Part shown: positions 55,236 through 63,640 of the stretch, in pieces
How the letters are laid out: every line of letters begins with the position of its first letter
How positions within the stretch are numbered: the stretch's first letter is position 1
From: an uncultured Coriobacteriaceae bacterium
GTDB taxonomy: Bacteria; Actinomycetota; Coriobacteriia; Coriobacteriales; Coriobacteriaceae
Assembly (NCBI GenBank): GCA_944320725.1
Contig: CALUIM010000008.1
Span: 94,385 to 158,384 of the forward strand
DNA length: 64,000 nucleotides
Reading direction: 5' to 3'
Notes under the pieces: model-generated
Seen by the model: the letters and a program-made list of their open reading frames with translations, nothing else
Database searches by the model: none
What the model was told of the DNA's origin: nothing
Program-made: the position numbers and the translations under genes

Positions 55236-55934
55236 TCACAAGTGCTCGATGCGCGTGGCAACGCGTGCAAGCAGCGCCGGCGAATGAGAGACGATCACGA
55301 GTCCCATGGCGCGCGCCGCAGCGATCTCCATGACCGCATGCCACACGCTCGCCTGCGTAACGGCATCGAGCATCGCCGTCATCTCATCGCAGATGAGGTA
55401 GCGCGGCTCGACCAAGAGGGCGCGCACGATGGCAAGGCGCATGAGCTCGCCGCCCGAGAGCTCGTGCGGAAAGCGGCTCAGCCATGCCGGCTGAACGCCA
55501 AGGGCGTCGAACAGCCCGCGATGAACCTCATGCAATGCAGCGGGTCGATTCCCGCTCCTCGCGCCATCATGCCATGCCTCCGCCAACGATGCGCCAAGCC
55601 GCATAGCAGGATCGAAGGCCTGCTCGGGATGCTGCCAGATGAGCTGCACCGGCCGCGGTGCAGCTGCATCGTTATGCCGAGAACCCGGAAGCACACCGCC
55701 GAAACGCGCGCCGCGCGGGTGCTGGCCGCCTGCAACCACCATGCCATCAACCGTAACGCTCCCCTGCCGCGGCGCGATGTAGCCTGCTAGGATGCGGCAG
55801 AATGTCGTCTTGCCCGCTCCCGAGGGTGCCGCAAGGGCAACGCGCTCGCTCGGCTCCACGCGCAACGAGAGGCCTCCATAGAGCTCACTGCCACCTGGAT
55901 AAGCAAAATGGATATCTTGGGCAACCAAACTCAT
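55236..55934 (-). CDS. ABC transporter ATP-binding protein (NikE/OppF-like)
   Basis: Walker A APSGAGKTTF, signature LSGGELMRL, Walker B ICDEMTAMLD. ATGA overlap with the upstream ATPase gene. Confidence 0.85.
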   Translation of the reverse strand: MSLVAQDIHFAYPGGSELYGGLSLRVEPSERVALAAPSGAGKTTFCRILAGYIAPRQGSVTVDGMVVAGGQHPRGARFGGVLPGSRHNDAAAPRPVQLIWQHPEQAFDPAMRLGASLAEAWHDGARSGNRPAALHEVHRGLFDALGVQPAWLSRFPHELSGGELMRLAIVRALLVEPRYLICDEMTAMLDAVTQASVWHAVMEIAAARAMGLVIVSHSPALLARVATRIEHL

Positions 55935-56884
55935 CGCGCATCGCCTCCCTGCGCCGCACATGCGCCCGCGCTGCCACCAACCGCTGCGAACCCATGCTCG
56001 GGCATTGCATGCCACAGCGCCCGCGAGAAGGGATGCTCCAAAAGATCGGGTGACGCGAAGTTCGCCGCGGCCGTCTCCTCGACCACCGTGCCCTCGCGAA
56101 AGACCGCGATGCGATCGGCCACGTGGAGCGCCAGCTCGATATCGTGCGTAATGAGCAGCACGCCGCCACCAGCATTGGCAAACGTGCGCAGGTCATCCAA
56201 CGCGTGAGCAGCAAGCTCGAGGTCGAGCCCGGGCGTGGGCTCATCTGCCACGATCACCCGCGGATCGTCCATGAGGGCGCACATGAGCAGCACGCGCCGC
56301 GCCATGCCGCCCGAAAGCTCGTGCGGATAGGACCGCATCGTCTCCTCAGGCAGCCCATAGGCTGCAAACAGCTGCCGCGCCCGCTCGCGCCGCCGCGCAC
56401 GCTCCTCCCGGCCCGCGTGCCCGTGCCCACACGCGCCCACAACCTGCTCGCCCACCGGCATGAGCGGGTCGAGATGATCGACGCTCTGCGGCACCAGCGA
56501 GATGCCGTGACCGCGCAGGCGCTCCACACCGCGCGCATCGCATCGCACGCCGTCAAACCAGATGGACCCCGTAACGCGCGCATTGGGCTCATTAAGGCCC
56601 AGGATGGCATCGGCGAGCAGGGTCTTGCCCGAGCCGCTCGCGCCCACCACCGCAACGATCTCGCCAGCATGCACCGAGATGGAGAGATCGCGGATCACCG
56701 GCTGCTCCACATGGCGTGCCGCGAAGAAGGACGCCGCGGGGTCATACATGCGAAAGCTCACCGAGAGGTGCTCCACCGTGAGTAGATGATGCCCACCCGG
56801 GTGCTGCGACGATCCCGCATGCGTATGGTGATGGTGGCGCTCGGCGTCGAGATGGCGCGCCGCGGCGTGGTCTTCACCGGCCAT
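55931..56884 (-). CDS. ABC transporter ATP-binding protein (NikD/OppD-like) with a His-rich N-terminus
   Basis: Walker A GASGSGKTLL, signature LSGGMARRV, Walker B IVADEPTPGLD. The N-terminus MAGEDHAAARHLDAERHHHHTHAGSSQHPGGHH has 10 His in 33 residues. Confidence 0.85.
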   Translation of the reverse strand: MAGEDHAAARHLDAERHHHHTHAGSSQHPGGHHLLTVEHLSVSFRMYDPAASFFAARHVEQPVIRDLSISVHAGEIVAVVGASGSGKTLLADAILGLNEPNARVTGSIWFDGVRCDARGVERLRGHGISLVPQSVDHLDPLMPVGEQVVGACGHGHAGREERARRRERARQLFAAYGLPEETMRSYPHELSGGMARRVLLMCALMDDPRVIVADEPTPGLDLELAAHALDDLRTFANAGGGVLLITHDIELALHVADRIAVFREGTVVEETAAANFASPDLLEHPFSRALWHAMPEHGFAAVGGSAGACAAQGGDAR

Positions 56885-57813
56885 CACAGCTGCACCTCCT
56901 GAGGCGTTATGAGGCGGCGAAGCGCTGCCGCAGCACGATCGAACAAGAGCACCACAACAACGAGCGCTACACCGGGAAAGACCGCGAGCCACCAAGCGCC
57001 CGCGGTAAGGTATCCCATGGCCTCGGAGAGAATTACGCCGATAGCCGGCTGCTCCGGCGACAACCCAAAGCCCAAGAAGGTAATCGATGCCTCATGGAGA
57101 ATCGCATGCGGAAAGAGCAGCACAAGCCCCACAAGGTACTGTGGCAGCACATGGGGCAGCATGTGCGTCACCGCAAGACGCACCGAACGCACACCCAGCG
57201 CGCGCGAGCAGGCGATGTACGGCTGGGCACGCACCTGCAGAATCTCGGCACGCAGCACGCGGGCAAGGCTCGGCCAGTGCGTGAGCGCAATGCCCACCAT
57301 CACGCCCAGCGTACCGCGCCCGAGCGCGTAGCTCACAAGTATGAGCAGCACGATATGCGGAATGCCCATAACAAGGTCGATGATCCACGCAACCGCCGCA
57401 TCGACGCGCGTCCCGCCAAGCGCTGCCGCCGCCGCGAGCACAAGCGCGATGACCGACGAGGCGGCCGCCGCACCCAGCCCCACCACCACCGAGGTGGCAA
57501 GCCCGGCCAGCGTGCGCGCAAGCATGTCGCGCCCCATCCAGTCCGTGCCAAAGATGTGCACAGGCGACGGCGCGAGGTTGCGCGCGGCGAAATCGGTTGT
57601 CTGGGCCACCGGTTCAACCAAGATGCCCCCAGCCACCACCGCGATAAGGACCAGCACGGTCACAGCAACCGACGCGGCAAGCGCCCGGCGCCCGCTCAAG
57701 ATGCCGAGATAACGCGGCTCATGCAGCACCTCGACCGCAGCGTCTTGCGCGCCCAGGCTCGCTGCCGCGCGGCAGGCAGCGCCATCGGTTGCGGCTTGCA
57801 TCTCAGGCTCCAT
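56884..57813 (-). CDS. ABC permease (NikC/OppC/DppC-like)
   Basis: BPD-transport inner-membrane component pattern, with an EAA-like loop YIACSRALGVRSVRLAVTHMLP. Confidence 0.85.
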   Translation of the reverse strand: MEPEMQAATDGAACRAAASLGAQDAAVEVLHEPRYLGILSGRRALAASVAVTVLVLIAVVAGGILVEPVAQTTDFAARNLAPSPVHIFGTDWMGRDMLARTLAGLATSVVVGLGAAAASSVIALVLAAAAALGGTRVDAAVAWIIDLVMGIPHIVLLILVSYALGRGTLGVMVGIALTHWPSLARVLRAEILQVRAQPYIACSRALGVRSVRLAVTHMLPHVLPQYLVGLVLLFPHAILHEASITFLGFGLSPEQPAIGVILSEAMGYLTAGAWWLAVFPGVALVVVVLLFDRAAAALRRLITPQEVQL

Positions 57814-58813
57814 GGGTCAGCTCACCTCGCATCCTGGGATCGACCACCCCATAGAGCACGTTGGCGAGCGCGTTGCCCGCAAACACGAGCGCCGCCGAGG
57901 CAAGGGCAATGCCCACGAGCAGCGGCGCATCGCCGCCAAGGCCCGCCGTCACGGCGGCCTGACCCAGACCGGGATACGAGAACACCTGCTCCACGAGCAC
58001 CGAGCCGCCAAAGATCTCGCTCACCTGTGCAAACTGCAGCGTAAGCGCCGGTAACACGAGGTTGCGCAGCCCATGGCGCACAGCCACGGCCCACGTGCCC
58101 TCACCGCGGGCGCGGGCAAGGCGCACATACGGGCTCGCCATGACATCGCAGGTCTTCTCCCGCGTATGCAGCGCCACGTTGGCAATGCCGGTCATGGAGA
58201 GCACGAGCGCTGGCAGCACCATGTGGTGCAGACGGGTGGCAAGCGACACCTCGGCGCTCGCGCCAATGGGTATCGAGAACCCCAGTGGGAACCACCCCAA
58301 GTACACGGCGAACACCATAAGCGCCACAAGCGCCAGCCAAAACGCCGGCGTAGCGGCAAGGACATAGCACCAGCCGCGCACCACACGATCAAAGAGGCTC
58401 CCGCGGGTCACGCCCGCCGCAACCCCCAGCGCAAACCCGATCACGCCCGAAAGCAGCCATGAGACGGCGAGCAGCGCCACGGAGTTGCCGAAGCGTTCCC
58501 CCACCACCTCGACCACCGGTGCATTGAAGCGCAGGCTCTCGCCCAAGTCCCCCTGCAGCGCATCACCCAGCCACGCCGTGTAGCGCTCCCACACCGGCGT
58601 CCCCACATCCCAACGCTCCGCCAGCTGCACGCGGCGCTCGGGCGTCATGGTCGCATACGCCGTCTGCCCCACATTGGCCTGAACGGGATCGATGGGCGAG
58701 CTGCTCACCAGCAGAAACGTCACGAAGCTCACCGCGAACATGAGGGTCGCGAAGCGAAGCAGCTTGCCGAGCAGGCGCGGCAGCGCGCGAGAACGCTGTG
58801 CGGCACGGCACAC
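57803..58813 (-). CDS. ABC permease (NikB/OppB/DppB-like)
   Basis: Typical N-terminus LLGKLLRFATLMFAVSFVTFLL and EAA-like loop YVRLARARGEGTWAVAVRHGLRN. The start is uncertain; GTG 58813 was chosen and the ORF is open to 59026. Confidence 0.75.
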   Translation of the reverse strand: MCRAAQRSRALPRLLGKLLRFATLMFAVSFVTFLLVSSSPIDPVQANVGQTAYATMTPERRVQLAERWDVGTPVWERYTAWLGDALQGDLGESLRFNAPVVEVVGERFGNSVALLAVSWLLSGVIGFALGVAAGVTRGSLFDRVVRGWCYVLAATPAFWLALVALMVFAVYLGWFPLGFSIPIGASAEVSLATRLHHMVLPALVLSMTGIANVALHTREKTCDVMASPYVRLARARGEGTWAVAVRHGLRNLVLPALTLQFAQVSEIFGGSVLVEQVFSYPGLGQAAVTAGLGGDAPLLVGIALASAALVFAGNALANVLYGVVDPRMRGELTHGA

Positions 58814-58893
58814 ATGAGGCGAACCCGCTATCGCGTCGCCCGCCGCCTCACCGTTCGCGACGCCGCGGTCTTCGATCCACCCGTCCGCCACAG

Positions 58894-60555
58894 CTACTCC
58901 CACGTCCAGCGGTCGACGTTGTTCACCAGCGACCAACCATGCCCATGGGGATGCGGCTTCTGCTCGGCAACCACCAAGCCATCGCGCTTGAAGTAGAGGT
59001 GGTCCACGTTGGCGATCCACGCCCACGTGGCGGCGCCGCAGGGCGCAAAGCCGTCCTCGCCATCCCAGGCGGCAAGCTGCCAGTGCGCATAGGCCTCCTC
59101 GACATCGCTCTCGGCAAGCGCCGCATCGAGATGCCCATCGATCGCCGCGCTCTCGTAGCAGGCATAATTACCCCAGCCAGTGGAGTAGTTGAGCGCATAC
59201 ACCTCGATCGGCGAGTTGGAGCCCCAACCCCACAGCACAAGGTCCTCGTACTGATGCGGATAGATCTCGTCCCAACTGCCGCCGTGCGGCACCAGTTCGA
59301 TGCCAATCTCGGCAAGTTGGTCGGCAAGCTCGTAGGCCATCGCCTGGCGCACCGAATCATCCGCGGCATACCAGATATCGAGCGAGGCACGCACCCCATC
59401 GCGCTCACGCACGCCATCGGCGCCCTCGACCCAGCCCGCCTCGTCGAGCAGCGCACGCGCGCCGTCGCGATCGAGCTCCACGTACATATCCGGGCTCGAC
59501 CACGGCATGTCGTCGCCCACGCTGTAGGCAGGCTTGCCATACCCCGCCAGCACGTGCTCGATCACCTGATCGCGGTCGATGGCCATGTTGATGGCGCGGC
59601 GCACGGCGATATCGCAGGTCACATCGTTGCCAGCAGGATATGCCATGTCGAGCTGCTCCACCTTGGTCGCGCCCGCCGGCACGCACGGCAACGAGATGCC
59701 GCGCGAATCCACCGTGGCATAGCTCACCAGCTCGTAGCCCGCATAGCGCGCAGCCGCATGCGTGGCGTACGTGTAGGCGATATCCACCTGGCCCGCCTGC
59801 ACCGCCGCAAGCGCCGCGTCCTCGTCCATAAAGACCACTACGACGCGCTCCATGACGGGCACCTCGCCGTAGTAATCGGAATTTGCGCGAAAGATCGCCT
59901 GCTGCCCGCGGTCCCAGCGCTCGAGAATGTAGCGGCCGGACCCCACGGGATGCTCGCCATAGCCCTCGTCGTAGGCGTGCTCGGGTACGATGCCCAGCAC
60001 CGCCAGCGTGTAGAGCAGCGCATTATAGGGCTTGTTGAGATGGAATTCCACGACGGTATCGTTTACCGCGACCGCCTCGTCCACCATGGAGAGATCGGCC
60101 TCAGATGCCGAGCTCGCGATGATCGAGTTCACCGTGAAGGCGACGTCAGACGCCGTGAGCGGCTCGCCATCGGTGAAGCACACGTCATCGCGTATGGTAA
60201 ACGTCCACACCAGGCCGTCGTCCGAGCAGCTGTAGCTCGTTGCGAGGTCGTTTTGAAAGGCAAGGTTCTCGTCGGTGGTGATGAGCGTCGACTGAATGAG
60301 CGGCTCGTGCACGTGCTCGCCGCAGCCCCAGGCAACGAGCGGGTCGAACCCCGCGGCGGGCTCGCTTCCGGTGTTCATCGCAACGACGACCTGCTTGGCG
60401 TCGCTGGCAGCCGAGCCGGCGCTACCGAGCCCCTTGCTCGTCACCTCGCCTGAGCAGCCTGTCAGCAGCGAGGATGCCGTCCATGCGGCGAGCCCGGAGC
60501 CCAACGCCCGAAGTGCCGCACGACGCGAGACACCCTCTCCAGCCAGCAATGACAT
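58894..60555 (-). CDS. Family-5 ABC substrate-binding lipoprotein (NikA/OppA/DppA-like)
   Basis: TAT-like SRRAAL and lipobox LTGC. About 550 aa, a size typical of cluster-C binding proteins. ATG 60555 after GGGGGA. Confidence 0.85.
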   Translation of the reverse strand: MSLLAGEGVSRRAALRALGSGLAAWTASSLLTGCSGEVTSKGLGSAGSAASDAKQVVVAMNTGSEPAAGFDPLVAWGCGEHVHEPLIQSTLITTDENLAFQNDLATSYSCSDDGLVWTFTIRDDVCFTDGEPLTASDVAFTVNSIIASSASEADLSMVDEAVAVNDTVVEFHLNKPYNALLYTLAVLGIVPEHAYDEGYGEHPVGSGRYILERWDRGQQAIFRANSDYYGEVPVMERVVVVFMDEDAALAAVQAGQVDIAYTYATHAAARYAGYELVSYATVDSRGISLPCVPAGATKVEQLDMAYPAGNDVTCDIAVRRAINMAIDRDQVIEHVLAGYGKPAYSVGDDMPWSSPDMYVELDRDGARALLDEAGWVEGADGVRERDGVRASLDIWYAADDSVRQAMAYELADQLAEIGIELVPHGGSWDEIYPHQYEDLVLWGWGSNSPIEVYALNYSTGWGNYACYESAAIDGHLDAALAESDVEEAYAHWQLAAWDGEDGFAPCGAATWAWIANVDHLYFKRDGLVVAEQKPHPHGHGWSLVNNVDRWTWE

Positions 60556-60595
60556 GCATCCCCCATTGGCACCGCGAAGCATGCGCCCCGCGTAA

Positions 60596-60623
60596 GTGTT
60601 ACGAAATTCAAAAACGTGTTACG
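60596..60623. promoter_or_regulatory. Direct 8-mer repeat GTGTTACG, two copies 20 bp apart, upstream of the binding-protein gene
   Basis: Copies at 60596-60603 and 60616-60623, which is 41-68 bp upstream of the start codon at 60555. Confidence 0.3.
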
Positions 60624-60791
60624 CCTTGGGTATGGTAGCACATCACGCACACGCCGACGCATCAGCTCCAGATGGCCAGCTCGTATTACACATGTAGAGG
60701 ACCACATTAATGTCCGGACGCCATGTGATGATAGTTATTGAGATAAGACAGTTGCCGAGGAGGCAGGTATGGGTAAAGATAGGACCAACAG

Positions 60792-60842
60792 GACCGGGAG
60801 CACCTCTCAACGAAGTGGCAATCTCCCGGTCGTTTCTTTTTC
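60792..60842 (+). terminator. Orphan intrinsic terminator on the plus strand
   Basis: A 9-bp stem, GACCGGGAG/CTCCCGGTC, with a 22-nt loop, followed by GTTTCTTTTT. No annotated plus-strand gene ends here. Confidence 0.5.
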
Positions 60843-61079
60843 TCGCACTTTTTCCCTCTTTCAAAACCTCCGGCCGCCCTTGCAGCCCTCGTGCCGCAGA
60901 AACGGTATTGGATAATACAACCAGCTCACTTTGCGAACACATCCTATTGAATTAAAGCTGTGTTTTGGGTACATTTAGTGCAGTGATGCAGTCGCCGTGG
61001 ACTCTACGTGAGGCGGTGACAAAGAAGGGTCGCTGCCCAGTTCCTGGACAGCGGCCCTTTGATTTTAAGGAGCATCGCC

Positions 61080-61994
61080 ATGGCAAAAGAATTTAAAACA
61101 TTCGAACAGCTCGTCGAACTCATGGAGAGCCGTGGCATTACTACCGACGAGCAAACGATCCCCACACTCAAGCGAGAAAGCTACTACGCCATTATCAATG
61201 GCTACAAGGACCCGTTCTTAGACAAAATGGTCATGCAACGATCCGCGGAAGACATCTATAGTCCAGGTACAACCTTTCGCCAAATATACAACCTATTCAT
61301 GTTTGACAGACAACTGAGACAGACGATGTTTAGCTATCTCACCGCTTCAGAAGCTGCACTGAAAAACGCAGTTGTCTATGCATTTTGCGAACGTCATCCC
61401 AAACCGAGCGAATATCTCGAGCGATCAAATTACGTAGATTCCAAAAATATGCTTGTTCCCAAAACCTACCGTGGGAACAAGAGCGAAGAATACGCTATCA
61501 ACATGGCGAACCTCATGCGAATCTTGAACGGAAAACTAACAAATACAAAACGCATGCGGCCATTTGTAAAGCACTATTTGAATTGCTATGGAAGCGTTCC
61601 GCTATGGGTGCTTCAAAATGATCTTACGTTCGGCAATATCGCCCATTTCTACCAACTTCAAACGCGGAATATCCAGAATGCCGCATGCAAAACAATTGGC
61701 GAGATTGCCGGAGGAAACGCACGACTCACGCCGCACGACCTTCTCAGGGTGTTTGATGTATTGGTAGGGTTTCGAAACATCTGCGCGCATGATGAACGGC
61801 TCTACTGCGCATCGGTAAAAGGCGCTCGTTTTGTAGATCTTATACGCTACATGAACCGCATCCTACCTCAAGCAGATATGAAGCGCTTGATGAATGATCT
61901 TGGGTCTCTCGTTCATGGCAACACGAGAAACATCGATGCGCATGTCCTCCTTCATGTCACCAGTGCGATGGGCGTGAAGAGCACCGGTAACTAG
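61080..61994 (+). CDS. Abi2 (AbiD/AbiF-like) abortive-infection family protein, HEPN-type
   Basis: YYAIINGYKDPF and FDRQLR N-terminal motifs. HEPN motif GFRNICAHDERLY. SD AAGGAG and ATG 61080. Markedly AT-richer than the flanking sequence. Confidence 0.75.
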   Translation: MAKEFKTFEQLVELMESRGITTDEQTIPTLKRESYYAIINGYKDPFLDKMVMQRSAEDIYSPGTTFRQIYNLFMFDRQLRQTMFSYLTASEAALKNAVVYAFCERHPKPSEYLERSNYVDSKNMLVPKTYRGNKSEEYAINMANLMRILNGKLTNTKRMRPFVKHYLNCYGSVPLWVLQNDLTFGNIAHFYQLQTRNIQNAACKTIGEIAGGNARLTPHDLLRVFDVLVGFRNICAHDERLYCASVKGARFVDLIRYMNRILPQADMKRLMNDLGSLVHGNTRNIDAHVLLHVTSAMGVKSTGN

Positions 61995-62056
61995 AGGCAC
62001 AAAACAGATCTTTCGAAAGAAGGCACGACCTTACCGCGAAATAAGCCTCCCGCACG

Positions 62057-63502
62057 TTAGAGATGCAGGTACGCGAGGAGTGCTTCGCGGCGGTTGGGTA
62101 CCACGCCTGCCATGGTACCTTTGAGGGCACGGCGCAGAAGGTTCCCGATGCGCGGACCGGGATCCACACCGGCGGCGATGAGGTCGCGCCCTTTGAGGTC
62201 GAGCGTATCGAGGCTGTACGCCTCATGCGCATCCATAAGGGCATGGACCATGGCGCGCATGCACTCGATATCCTCCACATACGAGAAGCACCCAGGAGCC
62301 TTGCCCAGCGCGTCGGCGCGCTTGAGGTCGAAGAGCTCATCCATAAGACGACGCGTGTCCATATCGGACCCTGCAAACAGCGCCATGGCCTTCAGCAGGC
62401 TCTGACGCTCGGCCTGCATGGGCCGATCGTGATGCCGAATGAGCAAGCAGACATCGCGCAGCAGCTTGCCGCCGCACGAGAGGCGGTGCATGATCTGCTC
62501 GGCCATCGTCGCGCTCACCGCAGGATGCTTATAGAAATGCCCGTTGCCGTGCTCATCGAGCGTGAAGCACCGCGGCTTGCCCACGTCGTGCAACAGCGCC
62601 GCCCACATGAGCGAGGGTGAAGGCGCACGGTTGGGGTCGCCGCCGTCGGTGCGCGAGAACGAGAGCTCCCCCGCCACCGTGAGCACGCGGGCGATGTGCT
62701 CGTACACGTCGTACGCGTGGTAGCGGCTATGCTGGTCGAACCCGCGGCACGGCGCGAGCTCGGGAATGGCGGCGCACATGATCTCGGGATAGCGCAGCAG
62801 CGCATCTCCTCCGTGGCCGGTGGCGAGGATCCCATCGAGCTCATGGCCGATGCGCTCGTGTGCCACCGCGTCGAGCAGTGGCGCGCAGGCAGCAAGCGCC
62901 TCGGCAGTCGGCGGATCCATGGTGAAGTCGAGCCGGCAGGCAAAGCGCACCGCGCGGAGCATGCGCAGCGCGTCCTCCTCGAAGCGCCGGCGCGGCTCCC
63001 CCACCGCGCGGATCACACCGCGCCGGATGTCCCCCTCGCCGTCGAACAGGTCGAGCAGCCCGCGCTCGGGATGCCACGCCATCGCGTTCACGGTGAAGTC
63101 GCGGCGGGCGAGGTCCTCGTTCACGCTCTCGGCGACCTCGATGCTCTCGGGATGGCGGCCATCGGTGTAGAACCCATCGAGCCGGTACGTGGTCACCTCG
63201 ATGCGCTCGCCATCGGCTACCGCCGTGATGCCGCCAAAGCGCGTACCGGTCTCTAGCACGCGGACATCGGCCGACTCGAGGACGCGTTTGCTTTCCTGCC
63301 AGGTGCCGGAGCAGCAGATATCAACATCGTGGCCGGCGGAGCCCATCAGGGCATCGCGCACCCAGCCGCCCACGACCCATGCCTCGAGACCGCCCGCCTC
63401 GAGCGCACGCAGCACGCGGAGCGCCGGAGCGCTCAGCGCTTGCCCGACGAGTGCAGGCGCGTCGACGCACGCAACCGTCGATATGTGGTTCTCTGCCGCC
63501 AT
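62057..63502 (-). CDS. cca: CCA-adding tRNA nucleotidyltransferase with a C-terminal HD domain
   Basis: VVGGWVRDALMG and DVDI polymerase-beta-type motifs. RLDGFYTDGRHP. HD motif LLHDVGKP. ATG 63502 after GAAGGGTG. Confidence 0.85.
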   Translation of the reverse strand: MAAENHISTVACVDAPALVGQALSAPALRVLRALEAGGLEAWVVGGWVRDALMGSAGHDVDICCSGTWQESKRVLESADVRVLETGTRFGGITAVADGERIEVTTYRLDGFYTDGRHPESIEVAESVNEDLARRDFTVNAMAWHPERGLLDLFDGEGDIRRGVIRAVGEPRRRFEEDALRMLRAVRFACRLDFTMDPPTAEALAACAPLLDAVAHERIGHELDGILATGHGGDALLRYPEIMCAAIPELAPCRGFDQHSRYHAYDVYEHIARVLTVAGELSFSRTDGGDPNRAPSPSLMWAALLHDVGKPRCFTLDEHGNGHFYKHPAVSATMAEQIMHRLSCGGKLLRDVCLLIRHHDRPMQAERQSLLKAMALFAGSDMDTRRLMDELFDLKRADALGKAPGCFSYVEDIECMRAMVHALMDAHEAYSLDTLDLKGRDLIAAGVDPGPRIGNLLRRALKGTMAGVVPNRREALLAYLHL

Positions 63503-63565
63503 CTGCACCCTTCTCGTCAAATGTCATCGCGCTTGGCATCAAGTATAGCGCGGGCACCTGCGCCA

Positions 63566-63600
63566 AATGAAGAACGGCCCCGCGCCAAAGCACGGGGCCG
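63566..63600 (-). terminator. Intrinsic terminator after the PfkB kinase gene
   Basis: On the minus strand: CGGCCCCG-TGCTTTGGCG-CGGGGCCG followed by TTCTTCATTT. Confidence 0.65.
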
Positions 63601-63640
63601 CAATGCCAGCGTATATGATGACGAGATGCTAGAGCAGTCG

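Noticed and set aside
60643-60955. 99-aa minus-strand and 81-aa plus-strand ORFs upstream of abi
   Set aside because: They overlap each other and the orphan terminator. They lack ribosome-binding sites and have no family resemblance.
60640-60960. Cobalamin or NiCo riboswitch in the long leader of the family-5 importer (minus strand)
   Set aside because: Only vague resemblances were seen (AGAGGGAAAAAGTGCGAGAA, TTGCCACTTCG). The B12-box/GCCACTG-GGGAAGG arrangement and the expected paired regions are not present. A covariance-model scan would be needed to revive this.
61080-63502. Functional link between the Abi/HEPN gene and the adjacent CCA-adding enzyme (tRNA damage and repair pair)
   Set aside because: cca is convergent, has host-like GC content and is a universal housekeeping gene. 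The Abi gene sits on a compositionally distinct islet. The adjacency is most simply an insertion next to a core gene.
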